Assembly: GCF_030028105.1 (NCBI RefSeq)
Contig: NC_092391.1
Location: 25,083,223-25,147,222 of the forward strand
Length of the DNA stretch: 64,000 bases
Direction of reading: 5' to 3'
Source: Mobula birostris
Lineage: Eukaryota
In this document: piece by piece, positions 53,755-64,000 of the stretch
How the letters are laid out: each line of letters starts with the position of its first letter
Position numbering within the stretch: position 1 is the stretch's first letter
Notes under the pieces: generated by a model
Told to the model about the DNA's origin: nothing
The model's database searches: none
Seen by the model: only the letters and a program-made list of their open reading frames with translations
Made by a program: the position numbers and the translations under genes

Positions 53755-55743
53755 ACTAAATGTGTACACAAAATGTGTGTGGTGAGTTTACTTTTCACCT
53801 GGAATGTTTTGAGGGCTTGTTTTCGGTCATAAATAGTTATTTTAAATGTTTGAGGAAATTCTATAGATCTGAAGTAGTATCTAATGAATACCATAAAAAT
53901 TGCTTGTTTCAAAAGTGGTGGTTCTAAATTAATTTTTGCATCGTTAATTCTCTACTCTGTTATAATCAGCCAAGTAATGAAAGTCTTAGTCTAAATGAGC
54001 AAAGTTGAAAACAAGTCATGGGCCCAGTGCTATTTTTTTGGTGTTAATTGCAATTTGATACTGATTTAAATTGCAATTTGTTTTAATGCAATATAGGCTC
54101 AAAAAGGGTAATTAATGTATTCAGGCCTACTATTGTATACTTAGTGTTTCTAGCCTGGTTTATGTTCAAAATGTGTAAACAACCCATATGTTTGTATTTA
54201 GATACCTTTTCTGTATTTAATAGACGAGATTGTAACTAAAACAAATCAGTTTACAACTTGGCATTTCCTTCAATCAGTTGGGTCCAATGCTACATTGCAA
54301 GTTTGATTACCACATTTTGCATTGGACAGTTAGCTAATAAATGGTCTTTCTCTTCCAAGATTTTTCTTTTGTCTTGTAGTTAAATTTGTAAGTTGTATGT
54401 TGTCTTGCCAATAGTTATGCATCTGACAGTTTTCTTGATCTAGAATCTGCCATGGGTACTATGCCAACTGTGCAATTAGCTCCAGTTTATAGATTATTGT
54501 ATATAATTATTTGAACCTCAATTGGGCTTGATTTTTTTGAATTCAAATTGTACGCTGGATTTGATGCACTCTTAAATTGTTTTGTTTCTGGTGATAAGTG
54601 CTAATATTCAATTTTGATTTTCTTTCGGATTAGTTGTCCTTTAGTGTTACAACAGTGGGAGCTCAGTTATTAAAAGTCAGGATACAAGTACCTCAAGTTA
54701 CTTGTTATTCCTGTTGCTATTCCATTGTCCTGGTCAAGTTTGCTTTGTATTGAGTTATAACCATTTTGAATTGCTATTGTGCAGTGAAAAGGTTGACCTC
54801 TGATTACAGCTGTTCTGTGTTTCATAAACTTGTCCCAATTCCATAAATCCTGATTTATGCAGTTTTGTTAAATTGCATTTTTCATTGTGGCCAAAGTATT
54901 GTTTCATTAATCCTATCCCACCTATTTGATTTTTCTCAGTAGGAATTTTTCAGTCTCATCAGTTAATTTTTGAGGGAAATAATATCACTTGCATTACCAG
55001 CTAGAAAATAGGCCATTATATAATGCTACAGCACACATGCTGCCTTGTTCTAAATCTAGCCAGAATGGTGCCCTAAATTGGCTTTGTATATTTATTCTGC
55101 AAATTACATATCCTTAGTCATTGGTACTGCAACAAACTTCATAACATCTGTTCAGTAATCCACTAGACTACAATATAACCAGAGCAGCTAATGATAGTTT
55201 CATGGGTGCAAATCAGATTTCTGCTGGTGTTTTGTATGTCTTAAGTATTATTCATTGGCATGTTTTTCCACCAAGGATATCCATATTCCCAAGAGTCCTT
55301 CTGTTGAAGTCTTGCTACTCCACTGGTGATGGATAATTGTGGTTACCAATCACACCATTTGGTTTCATTTGGAAAATTAAAGGAATGGATAATAATTCTA
55401 CCACCAGCAATGTAAGCATAAGGTATATGGTTCCTTGCGCTGAAAAGTTGATGGTCCTGAGGGCTTTTAATAATAGATGGTATACAATCTACTGATATCT
55501 AGAGTTGTCTAGATTTTTCAGAAATTTTGTTTACATTATCTGTCCTAGCATTGGACATGGCTGCACCATCTTTTTGCTTAAATGTTCTGGAGAGGAAGGT
55601 GTTTAAACAATATTTTGGAATGTTCCTCTGGTTTATAGACACCCATGTACTGGGGTTTGTTTCATGTGGCAATCTGAGGTGTCGTGACTTCATCTTTAAA
55701 GCTTGTTTTTTTAAAACAAATGATTCTCATCTGTCATGTTATC

Positions 55744-55749
55744 AATAAA
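55744..55749 (+). terminator. Possible distal SET polyadenylation signal
   Basis: AATAAA followed by U/GU-rich sequence at the end of a transposon-free AT-rich stretch. Confidence 0.4.
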
Positions 55750-57081
55750 CTTTGTATACATGTTTTGCCACAGTGCTGTACATTGTCTTTACTGTATCAA
55801 GGATTATTCATCTGATTTTTAGCATTGCTATTATAAGTAGTTTAATATTTCGAGTGATTTAGACTGTAATGATCTGCTGTTTCATGAGGTATCTGAAGTC
55901 TGGTTACTTTGGAATTGGCCTATGTATAGGCTTTTGCTGTTAAAACAAGGAATCTCTCCACATTCATGAAGGAAATAAACCCAAGTAATGTGATATAATG
56001 ATCTCACATGCCTTGAAACTGGTGTGCATTGGTTTAGATGTAAAGTACAATCATGTACTGCCATATTTTGAAATCTGTAGACTTTAAGACAAGAGTAAGA
56101 GTAAAATGTAGAATATCATAGAAACTTACAGCGTAGTGCCACCAAGCAATGTTCTTCCTGTTAACTTTGTTTAGGTTTCAGTTTTGAACATTGAATATCC
56201 CATGTTCCAAGTAAGGCAATCCCTCGAAGGCATACTTGGAATAGTATAGAAATCTACTAGACTTGAGGGAATAAAGGCTCACCAGAATTGATCCTTGGCT
56301 GTCTTCTTTACCTAACTTCTGGTGTGGGACTATACCATTTGAAATTTATCTAAATATCTAGTGTTGATTCAAAAACAGTAAGTTGAACTCTGCAGTACCA
56401 AATAAAGGGTAATACTAGAAAGACTTGTTTTGGACTCGAGGATTCTGATGTACTTTCAAATTAGGTCACAAGCAGAATCAAGTCTATGGCAGCTAATAAG
56501 CCATTAATAAATATGCAGAAAGTGTTCAAATCAGTAATGTTATTTGCCTGTCATTAACTTTTGGGTGTTTGTCAGGTTACAGTAAGTGAAAATTTGACAA
56601 AACTGGAGATACTGTATTGGAAACAAAATGAAGGCATTTTCAACTCAGAAGATTTTGAATCACCATCATTGGTAGTGGTAGGATAATTGTTTATTTTATA
56701 GCCTTAAACACATGCAATAGACAGTCTTTTTAAAATATAGAAATTTGATAAAGCAGTACACCACAGGGTGTCACTTCCAAGCCAGAGCCTGCAGGCAAGC
56801 AGAAACAATGATTTTAAAACATTGCTATTATATTAAAAGTTGTCAATGCTTCACTGACCTATTCCCATATGCTATGGACTGGACTCACTTTCAAGGACTC
56901 TGCATGTTCTATATTTTTGTTTGCATTAACTATGAATGCCCATAAGACAGTGGATCTCAGGGTTGTACATGACATATGTACTTTTGATAATTTTGAACAA
57001 TCAATGTTTGAATAATGAGTATGCACCCTGTGAAAGGTAATTTACTCCACAATTAAAATTTATTATAAAATAACATTGATT

Positions 57082-57236
57082 TTATCTTTGATAAGACTTG
57101 GGCACCATGAGAAGTGTAGCAGCAAAGTTCTCTTGTAGAAGTCTGTCCATAATCAAGGCAATAAATGTCTCTTCAGATTCTTCAAATTCTTCATCTGTAA
57201 TGTACAGAGGCCAGATATCAGGCTGAAAAGACCACC
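57082..57236 (-). CDS. Secreted cereblon-like CULT-domain protein, last exon
   Basis: TTAG acceptor, then (G)WSFQPDIWPLYITDEEFEESEETFIALIMDRLLQENFAATLLMVPKSYQR-TAA. Completes the HLGWxF motif and the FxALI strand; phase matches exon A. Confidence 0.88.
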
Positions 57237-57399
57237 CTAATAAAAACAAAAACAGTCCATAAATGTGATTAGTCTTAGCCTTTTTCCAAGAAAGACATTA
57301 TATAATAGCAACAACAGAGTTCCCCAATGTTTTGCATTTTCATAAACAAAAGTTTAAACCAGGACAAGGCCTAAACATAAAAGGTGGCTTGGTAACAAT

Positions 57400-58510
57400 G
57401 AATTTGAAAGACAGGTGATGCCTTATGAGCCTGACTGAATTCTTTGAGAATATAATACACATTGACGAAGGTAGAACAAATTGTGTGGTGTATATGAATT
57501 CTAGTAAGATATTTGGTAAGGTTCCCTTTAGGCTCATTTATAAAGTCAAAGTATGATATCTAGGGAAACTTGGCTGTGTAGAAGAAACAGGGTGGTGGTA
57601 GATGAGTAAATTCTGCTTGGAGGTTGGTGACAAGTGTTGTTCGCAGGGATCTTCTGGGTCCCCTGCTGATTTTTTTTTAAATGTAAAGGATGCATTTGAA
57701 GTGGTTAGTACATTTGCAGCTAACACAAAGGCTGGTGGAGTTGTAGATAGGGTAGAGGGTTGTAGGTTGCAGCAGGATCTGAGTTGAGCTGAGAAGTGGC
57801 AGATGAAGTTCAACCCAGAAAAGTTTGAAGTGATTCATCTTGGAAAATATAATTTTTAGCCATGAAGCAATAGAAGGGTTTTAAGGTCCAGTCCATAAAT
57901 CCCTCAACGTTGCCACACAAGTTGAGATGCTTGTTTATGGTGTGTTCATTTTTATTAGTTGAGGGATTGAGTTCAAGAGCTGCGAGATAACATTCCCATT
58001 CTTTAAAACCCTGGTTAGATCACACAATATTGGGTTCAGTTCTGCTCACCTCATTATAGGAAGGATGTGGAAGCTCTGGAGAGGGTGCAGAGGAGATTAC
58101 CAGGATGTTGCCTGGACTAAAGGGCATGTCCTATGCAGATAGGTTGAGCAAGCTAGGGCTTTTCTCTTTGGAATGAAGGAGGTTGTGAGGTGACTTGAGG
58201 GATATATTCTGTGGACAGCCAGAGACCTTTTCCCAGGCAGATATGGCTAATACAACCAGGCATAACTTTTTAGATGAGGAAATTAGAGGTGAATGGTCAG
58301 AAGTTAGTTTTATTCAGAGTAGCTGGTAGTCAGTAGTATGCCCTGTCAGGGGTGGTGGTAGAGGCAAATAAGTTAGGGGCACATAAGAAACAGGTAGGAA
58401 CATGGATGATAGAAGCATGAAAGACTATGTAGGAGGGAAGGGTTAGATTGATCTTAGTAGGTTAAAGGTCAGCACAACATTAGGGGCAGAAGGGCCAGTA
58501 CTTTTCTGTG
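57400..58510 (+). mobile_element. CR1 LINE remnant in the intron of the CULT gene
   Basis: VSTFAANTKAGGVVDRVEGCRLQQDL and WAEKWQMKFNPEK-like motifs. Confidence 0.8.
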
Positions 58511-58539
58511 ATGACCTACATAAAAAAAAAAACTACAAA

Positions 58540-58631
58540 TAACACAAAATGCTAAGGGAACTCAGCAGGCTAAGCAGCATGTAAAAGGAATAAACAGTCG
58601 ACATTTTGGACTGAAACCCTTATCAGGACTC
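58540..58631 (-). mobile_element. Penelope-like terminal fragment with a degenerate hammerhead
   Basis: acacaaaatgctaagggaactcagcagg...cagtcgacattttggactgaaacccttatcaggact. Confidence 0.7.
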
Positions 58632-61600
58632 ATTTAGGGTCAAAGAAGGTGAGGAGGAATTTCCAGAGTTTAACCCTAGGCAGGTACAAGGATTACTACC
58701 TCTCACAGGGGCAAAGACTTAGAATATACAAGCAGCCAGTGTTGGACAAAATCGTTCTTGAAACGTGAGATGAGCAAACTTGAAAACTTACAGATATAAA
58801 CATAGATCTTCCATACCCCAAAAGGCAAACAATGAAATTCACCATCACCTTTAATACAGCATACACTGCAAACCATTTCAGAAAACAGTTACTTTAAGGT
58901 CAAGACCAGAATTGGTACAAAACTCAATCAGGCAACTGTGAACCCTTTCACACAGTACACTTGGGATATGTATTACTTTTAAAATTCAAGACAATGAGAA
59001 GATACTACCAATACTTTCTTCACAAAATCCTCAATTCACAAAAAAACACAAATTGATCTAGGGTTAAATAGGGGTTTGCTGATTGTGCCACTTGAAGGCC
59101 CTATTCTGCACTGTTTCTAAATTAAATACATAAGTACCAAACCCCCCCACCATCACCATGGCCCCAGTTACACAAGTTCAGAGATCTGGCACTACTCTTG
59201 AAATAGACTATTTTGACTTGTCTCAGGAAAAGTTTATCAAGTAATCAAAAAGAAATTAAAGAATACATTCAAAGGATTATTGAAAAAAGGCAACACCTTT
59301 ATTCACTCCTGCGAATCTGTGGCCCAAAGTGGATAAGAAACAGGATAGTTTCCACAACCTTGAATCCCTAATTCAAGTATATTTCCTCATTTCCTTACCA
59401 CATAGGAGCTATTTGTCACTTTACAAAACAACTTCATTCCCCAAAAACTTTCCTCATAACCTATTCTCACATTCCCATCAATTAGAAGCAATCTCCGTCT
59501 CCTGTAGAAAGCTGGGTAATTTTTCAGTGTAATATCTGCAATTCCTGTTCCTGTAGCCCATACTTGGAATTTGAGCAGTTATTTCCTGGACAACAAAACA
59601 TATTTTACTGGTTGTCAAAGGCCAATGAATTTGAGAATTCCTGACCTGACCTGACCTGCATAATTCTAGCGGGAATAGTAGCTTTTTTTTTGTCCTGGGT
59701 GCTTAGTAAGCCAATACCCAAGATAGAACCGACTAAATTTACAACCCTCTGCAGCTTCTTCCGGTCCTGTGCAGTAGCGCCCCCCCCCCCAAAATACTAG
59801 ACAGTGATACAGCCTGTCAGAATCTCAGTACATGGAGCTTAGAAAAATAGAAGGCTATGGGTAACCCTATGTAATTACTAAAGTAAGTACGTTTGGCACA
59901 GCACTGTGGGCCGAAGGGCCTGTATTGTGCTGTAGGTTTTCTATGTTCTAATTATATAACCCATCTATGACCAATTAACCTACTAACTCACATCTCTGGC
60001 ATGAGGAAGGAAACCTATGAGATCAGAGGGAGAACATGCAAACTCAACACATCAGAGATTTGGGTAACCAGACCTACAAGGCACGAACTCTACTGGCTGT
60101 GATTCTCCTTCTCTCAGAAGAGCACAATGTCAAAAAAAAAAACACCCGTCCTATCTGTGGTTCCTACATTGGCATCATCAGCAATCTATAATCCACAAAG
60201 TATAAGCACATCCCAAAGGCTGTCTCAAAAAAGACAACTTTATGTGAATTACATTCCTAAAAAAAGAACCTGCCCGCCCACCTATTCAATATGATTAATA
60301 GCAGCATTTTAGCATAGCAGCTAAAGTAATGCCTTAAAGCTCCAGCAATTGAAGTTCAATACAATGTGCTGTCTGTAAGGACTTGTACAATCTCCCTGTA
60401 CTGACATGGCTTTCTTCTGGGTGCGCCAGATGGGTTAGTGAGTAAAAGACTCTTAGATAAGCACATTAATGAAAGAGAAATGCGGACTATATGGGAAGAA
60501 AGGGTTAGATTGATCTTGGATTAGGTAAAAGGATCAGCACAACACCATGGGCCCAAGGGCCTGTACAGTGCTATACCGTTCTATAGTCTATGTAAAAATT
60601 AGTTGCTCCAAATGTCAGTTCCTCTTCAGTGCTATTCCCCAGTCTTTCAAAAATATATCTGACTCCTCTTTAATTAACATCAATGATCTTACTTCCATAG
60701 CTCTCCAGTGTTGAGGAAGAGATTCACCTATCTGCAAGAAATTCCTTTAAATAACTCCTTTTTGTATAATCATACCCACTTGAGACCCTTGCACTAATGT
60801 AAATTTCTCATCGATCTTGTTATGCCCACCCTAGAATTGTCTTTCAATAATGTTATTCCTCATGTTTCAAAACACAATTATTTAAATAACTTGCAGTGGA
60901 CAACCCGTCCATCCAGGAATTAGCCCAGTAAACATTTTTTAGGACTGCTTTCAACACCAGTATAATATTTATTTACTTTAAATATATCATTTAAATAAAT
61001 AGACAAAATCTCCAGGTGTGGCCCCACCCTGTACAACTGCAACTCCCTGCTACACTACATGTCAACATTTTGATATTTATGTAGAAAACCACCCAGATCT
61101 CCCTATATTTCACTTATTTACAAAATAAGTTGTTTTTAATTCCATTTGAAGCCTCAATTTGCCAAGTTTTTACTTTCAGTCTGTATCCTGTTGCAGAATG
61201 GAAATATCATATCAGCATGTTAACAGCGTCATCAGCAAACCTGAAAAATTTCTCTGGGTCATTAAATTAAAAAATAAATAAACTGTGGGTCAAGGCATGA
61301 TCTTTGAAGCACTTCACTAACATGCTTTCAGAATGAGAAACCCCCATTTATTCTAACACTTTCTCTCCTCTAGAAACTCTCAACGTTTACAAATACTACC
61401 TCTCAGAAATATTTACATAGACAGAATGAGATGGTTTCTGTCTCCAACGAAATCCCATCCTAAAATAACAAAATTCCCCACAAATTTAAACAGGACAAGA
61501 AAAATAGCGTGGGCTCAGATGTTGAGTGTTCTGCCAGGAACAAATCTTCATCGTTCTTTTAACACCTTAAAACAAAACCAGGAATCTAATGGAAGACTTG

Positions 61601-61927
61601 CAATTCGAAATCACAAGCAACTGGACAGAATTCAAAACGAAACAACCCGCTTAATTAGCACAGCATATACCTCCGGCAGCATGTCTCGTATTTGGCAGAG
61701 CTTCTTTAAATTCTATCAACCGAAACTCCCTACAAAAACACCACATTCTCAAGGGCATTTAGAAACGAACATTACCACCAAGTGTACGCCCAGGTGCAAA
61801 ATTAATAGCGTTAATAATAGCTACTGATAACGGCAACCGATTAATTACCAATTAACGTAAAACATTTTTAATAACTGCATAATTTTAAAGCGCTGTACAG
61901 CTCTATAAGTAAACACAAGCTTCTTGC

Positions 61928-62300
61928 CTAAGTGGCTGTGACATCTGGGACACGTTGCTAATGTCCAAGAGTATCCTGGAAACCAGGAAAACTGTTCATC
62001 TGCCGGCCAATGCTTGTGGACAACGGCTCTCTTGAAAGTGAGCACCTGGAAACGATAGCCCTGTGGGTTCTGAAAGAGTTGCACTGGAACCCTGTGCTCT
62101 CCGATCAATGTGCCGTTCTTCAGAGCCAAAGCCAAGGGACTAGCCACGAATTTAAGGTCCCGACTGGCAGCTACCTCGTAACCGCACGACCTGCAGAGCA
62201 AGAGCTCGTCTTTGGAGTCCTCTTCCTTCCCTTCGCTGACGTTGTGGCCGCTCACGGCAGAGGCCGACACCAGCAGCAGTGGCACCAGCATCAGCCACAT
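61928..62300 (-). CDS. Secreted cereblon-like CULT-domain protein, coding exon A
   Basis: Hydrophobic leader MWLMLVPLLLVSASAVSG, then CRSC...NPQG...FSWFPGYSW...CPRCHSHL (cereblon/CULT motifs). Ends at TAG|GCAAGA, a GC donor in phase 1. The ORF-track start at 62363 is GTG; the first ATG is 62300. Confidence 0.9.
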
Positions 62301-63699
62301 CCTACAGGCCGCTTCCCACCTCGGCCCACCTAATGGGGGAAAAAAAACAGTAAATGCTGCCACAAGAAAATCCTTCTTTCTAAGATAAATATTTTGAATC
62401 GCCTTCGCAGCAAATTATTTAAAGTTTCCCTAGGACCTACGTTGCAGCAAATAGTTTTAATTCTCCTCCCACTAACTGTAGCCTTTTTACAACTTACATT
62501 TAAGTGTCCTAAAGCGAAAACACATCGCATTTTAAAAGCCTCAGACAATTACCTCCTCCACCCTCTACTGGTTGGAGGATTCCAATCCACCTACTGCTTT
62601 TGGGATAAAATCACATGGCAATAATTATATCACTCTTTCCAAGGTTGTATATGTTGTTTTCTTTGAACAGTTCAAGAGAAACAGGCATTCATATGGAGCT
62701 TTTTTTTTACAGCCACTAGCAGTTCTATCTTGCAGTTTGCAGCCAATTAACTGCTTTCATAACTTAGAAAACGGGCGCCCATTTTGCACACATCAAGGTT
62801 GCATAAACAGTATAATAATATCAAAAATATATTTTATCATGATTTCAGCTGAGAGATAAAGGACAGAGGAAAAAACTGCCTTGGCCTTCTTCAGAAATAT
62901 TGCTCCTGTATCTAAAACAGAGTTGGGACAAGAGAACAGAAGAAATAGAAGCAGAAGAACTTTATCCCTCTCCCACTCCCACAAGCCTTCCTTGGCATTG
63001 AAGATGTGGGTTCTTCTTCAATGCCAGAGACATTTTCCAGCACTACACCTATATTCCTTCCTGTTCCTTTGATTTATCGATCACTGTTTTGAATGAACAT
63101 AATGACCGAACATCCAGAGAATTCACCGTTGCACTTAAAGGAAGTAATTTCTTAGTCTTAGATGAACTACTCCTTAAATTCATATTTTGTCCCCTGGTCC
63201 CAGACTATTTACTCAGGAAAAAAAATCCTCCCTGCATCTAGTCTGGCAAGACGTTTTGTGAGAGGTTTGTAAGTCAAGAAACTCACAAGTACGGTGAATG
63301 TCAAGCAGTTAAAAGGCTGTGGTCATTCTGTGGCTCCTGTTGACTGGGATTCGACAGGTTGTGTGTGAGGTATTACATAAGAAGAGGTTAACACATTGAT
63401 TGTATTGACATTGATTTTCCTTTCTGTTGAGATTTTGGATATAATAGAGCAGCTTTGTCCAACAGTCATCCGTACCAGTCATGGCAAAGATATTATAAAC
63501 ATATTTATACTTCTTGCTTGGATAATGTTAGAACCTAACAGGTGTCAGTACTTGAACTGAGGAGCTCACACCATGAACTCCCTAATGAAAGGTGCTGGTT
63601 ATTACAAAACCATACTTGCAGCATTTAAGTTCCTGGGAATTAACATATCATATGACCTATCCTGGGAATCTTTAAGCAGATGAAGGTACACCACCATGG

Positions 63700-64000
63700 C
63701 CAGGAGAGAGTGAGGAGGGAAGAACTCCAAGACAGACTAACACACTGGGGTATAAAACTTCCTCTGCCCAGTGTCTCCTTAGCAAGTGTACAGTTGGTGG
63801 AGAACAAGATTGAGGACATAAGGGCAAGATTGCTGCATCAGAAGGAAATGAGGGATTGCTGCGTTCTGCATCTCATGCAGACATGGCTAACTCTGGACAT
63901 ACTGGATTTGGAGATCAGACCCGAGGACTTCTCGATACACAGGATGGATTGGACTGTTGATTCAGGGAAGGCAAAAGCTGGGGGCCTGTGTTTCATGATA
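63700..64000 (+). mobile_element. 5' part (apurinic endonuclease) of a Rex/Babar-type LINE running off the window
   Basis: PLPSVSLASVQLVENKIEDIRARL...RDCCVLHLMQTWL...SGKAKAGGLCFM. Confidence 0.75.

Noticed and set aside
61845-62363. 172 aa single-exon ORF as the full CULT protein
   Set aside because: It starts at GTG upstream of a splice acceptor and its C-terminus (KKLVFTY...) is intron read-through; the real C-terminus is at 57082-57236.
63336-63358. GGATTCGACAGG resembling a tmRNA or tRNA T-arm
   Set aside because: Isolated short hairpin with no cloverleaf or other supporting structure.

Overview
Vertebrate nuclear DNA, most likely a cartilaginous fish (ray-like repeat content; the taxon is inferred, not shown). 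Three protein-coding genes were reconstructed by hand from splice sites. (1) WDR34/DYNC2I2, minus strand, 8 coding exons over 4077-44610, 500 aa. (2) SET (TAF-I-beta type), plus strand, 8 coding exons over 45141-52994, 277 aa, head-to-head with WDR34 across a 530 bp CpG-rich promoter, plus a candidate alternative first exon. (3) A two-coding-exon gene on the minus strand (57082-62300, 175 aa) encoding a signal peptide and a stand-alone cereblon-type CULT (thalidomide-binding) domain, with a GC-AG intron; the ORF track misses its second exon. The WDR34 introns are full of decayed transposons: a full-length L1-like LINE, Rex/Babar, CR1 and RTE LINEs, Tigger and hAT DNA elements, SINEs, and palindromic Penelope-like elements carrying minimal hammerhead-ribozyme motifs. 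SET itself is nearly free of transposons. Most ORF-track entries are spurious or transposon debris. Repeat family names come from motif recognition, not a database search, and repeat boundaries are approximate unless target-site duplications (TSDs) are given.
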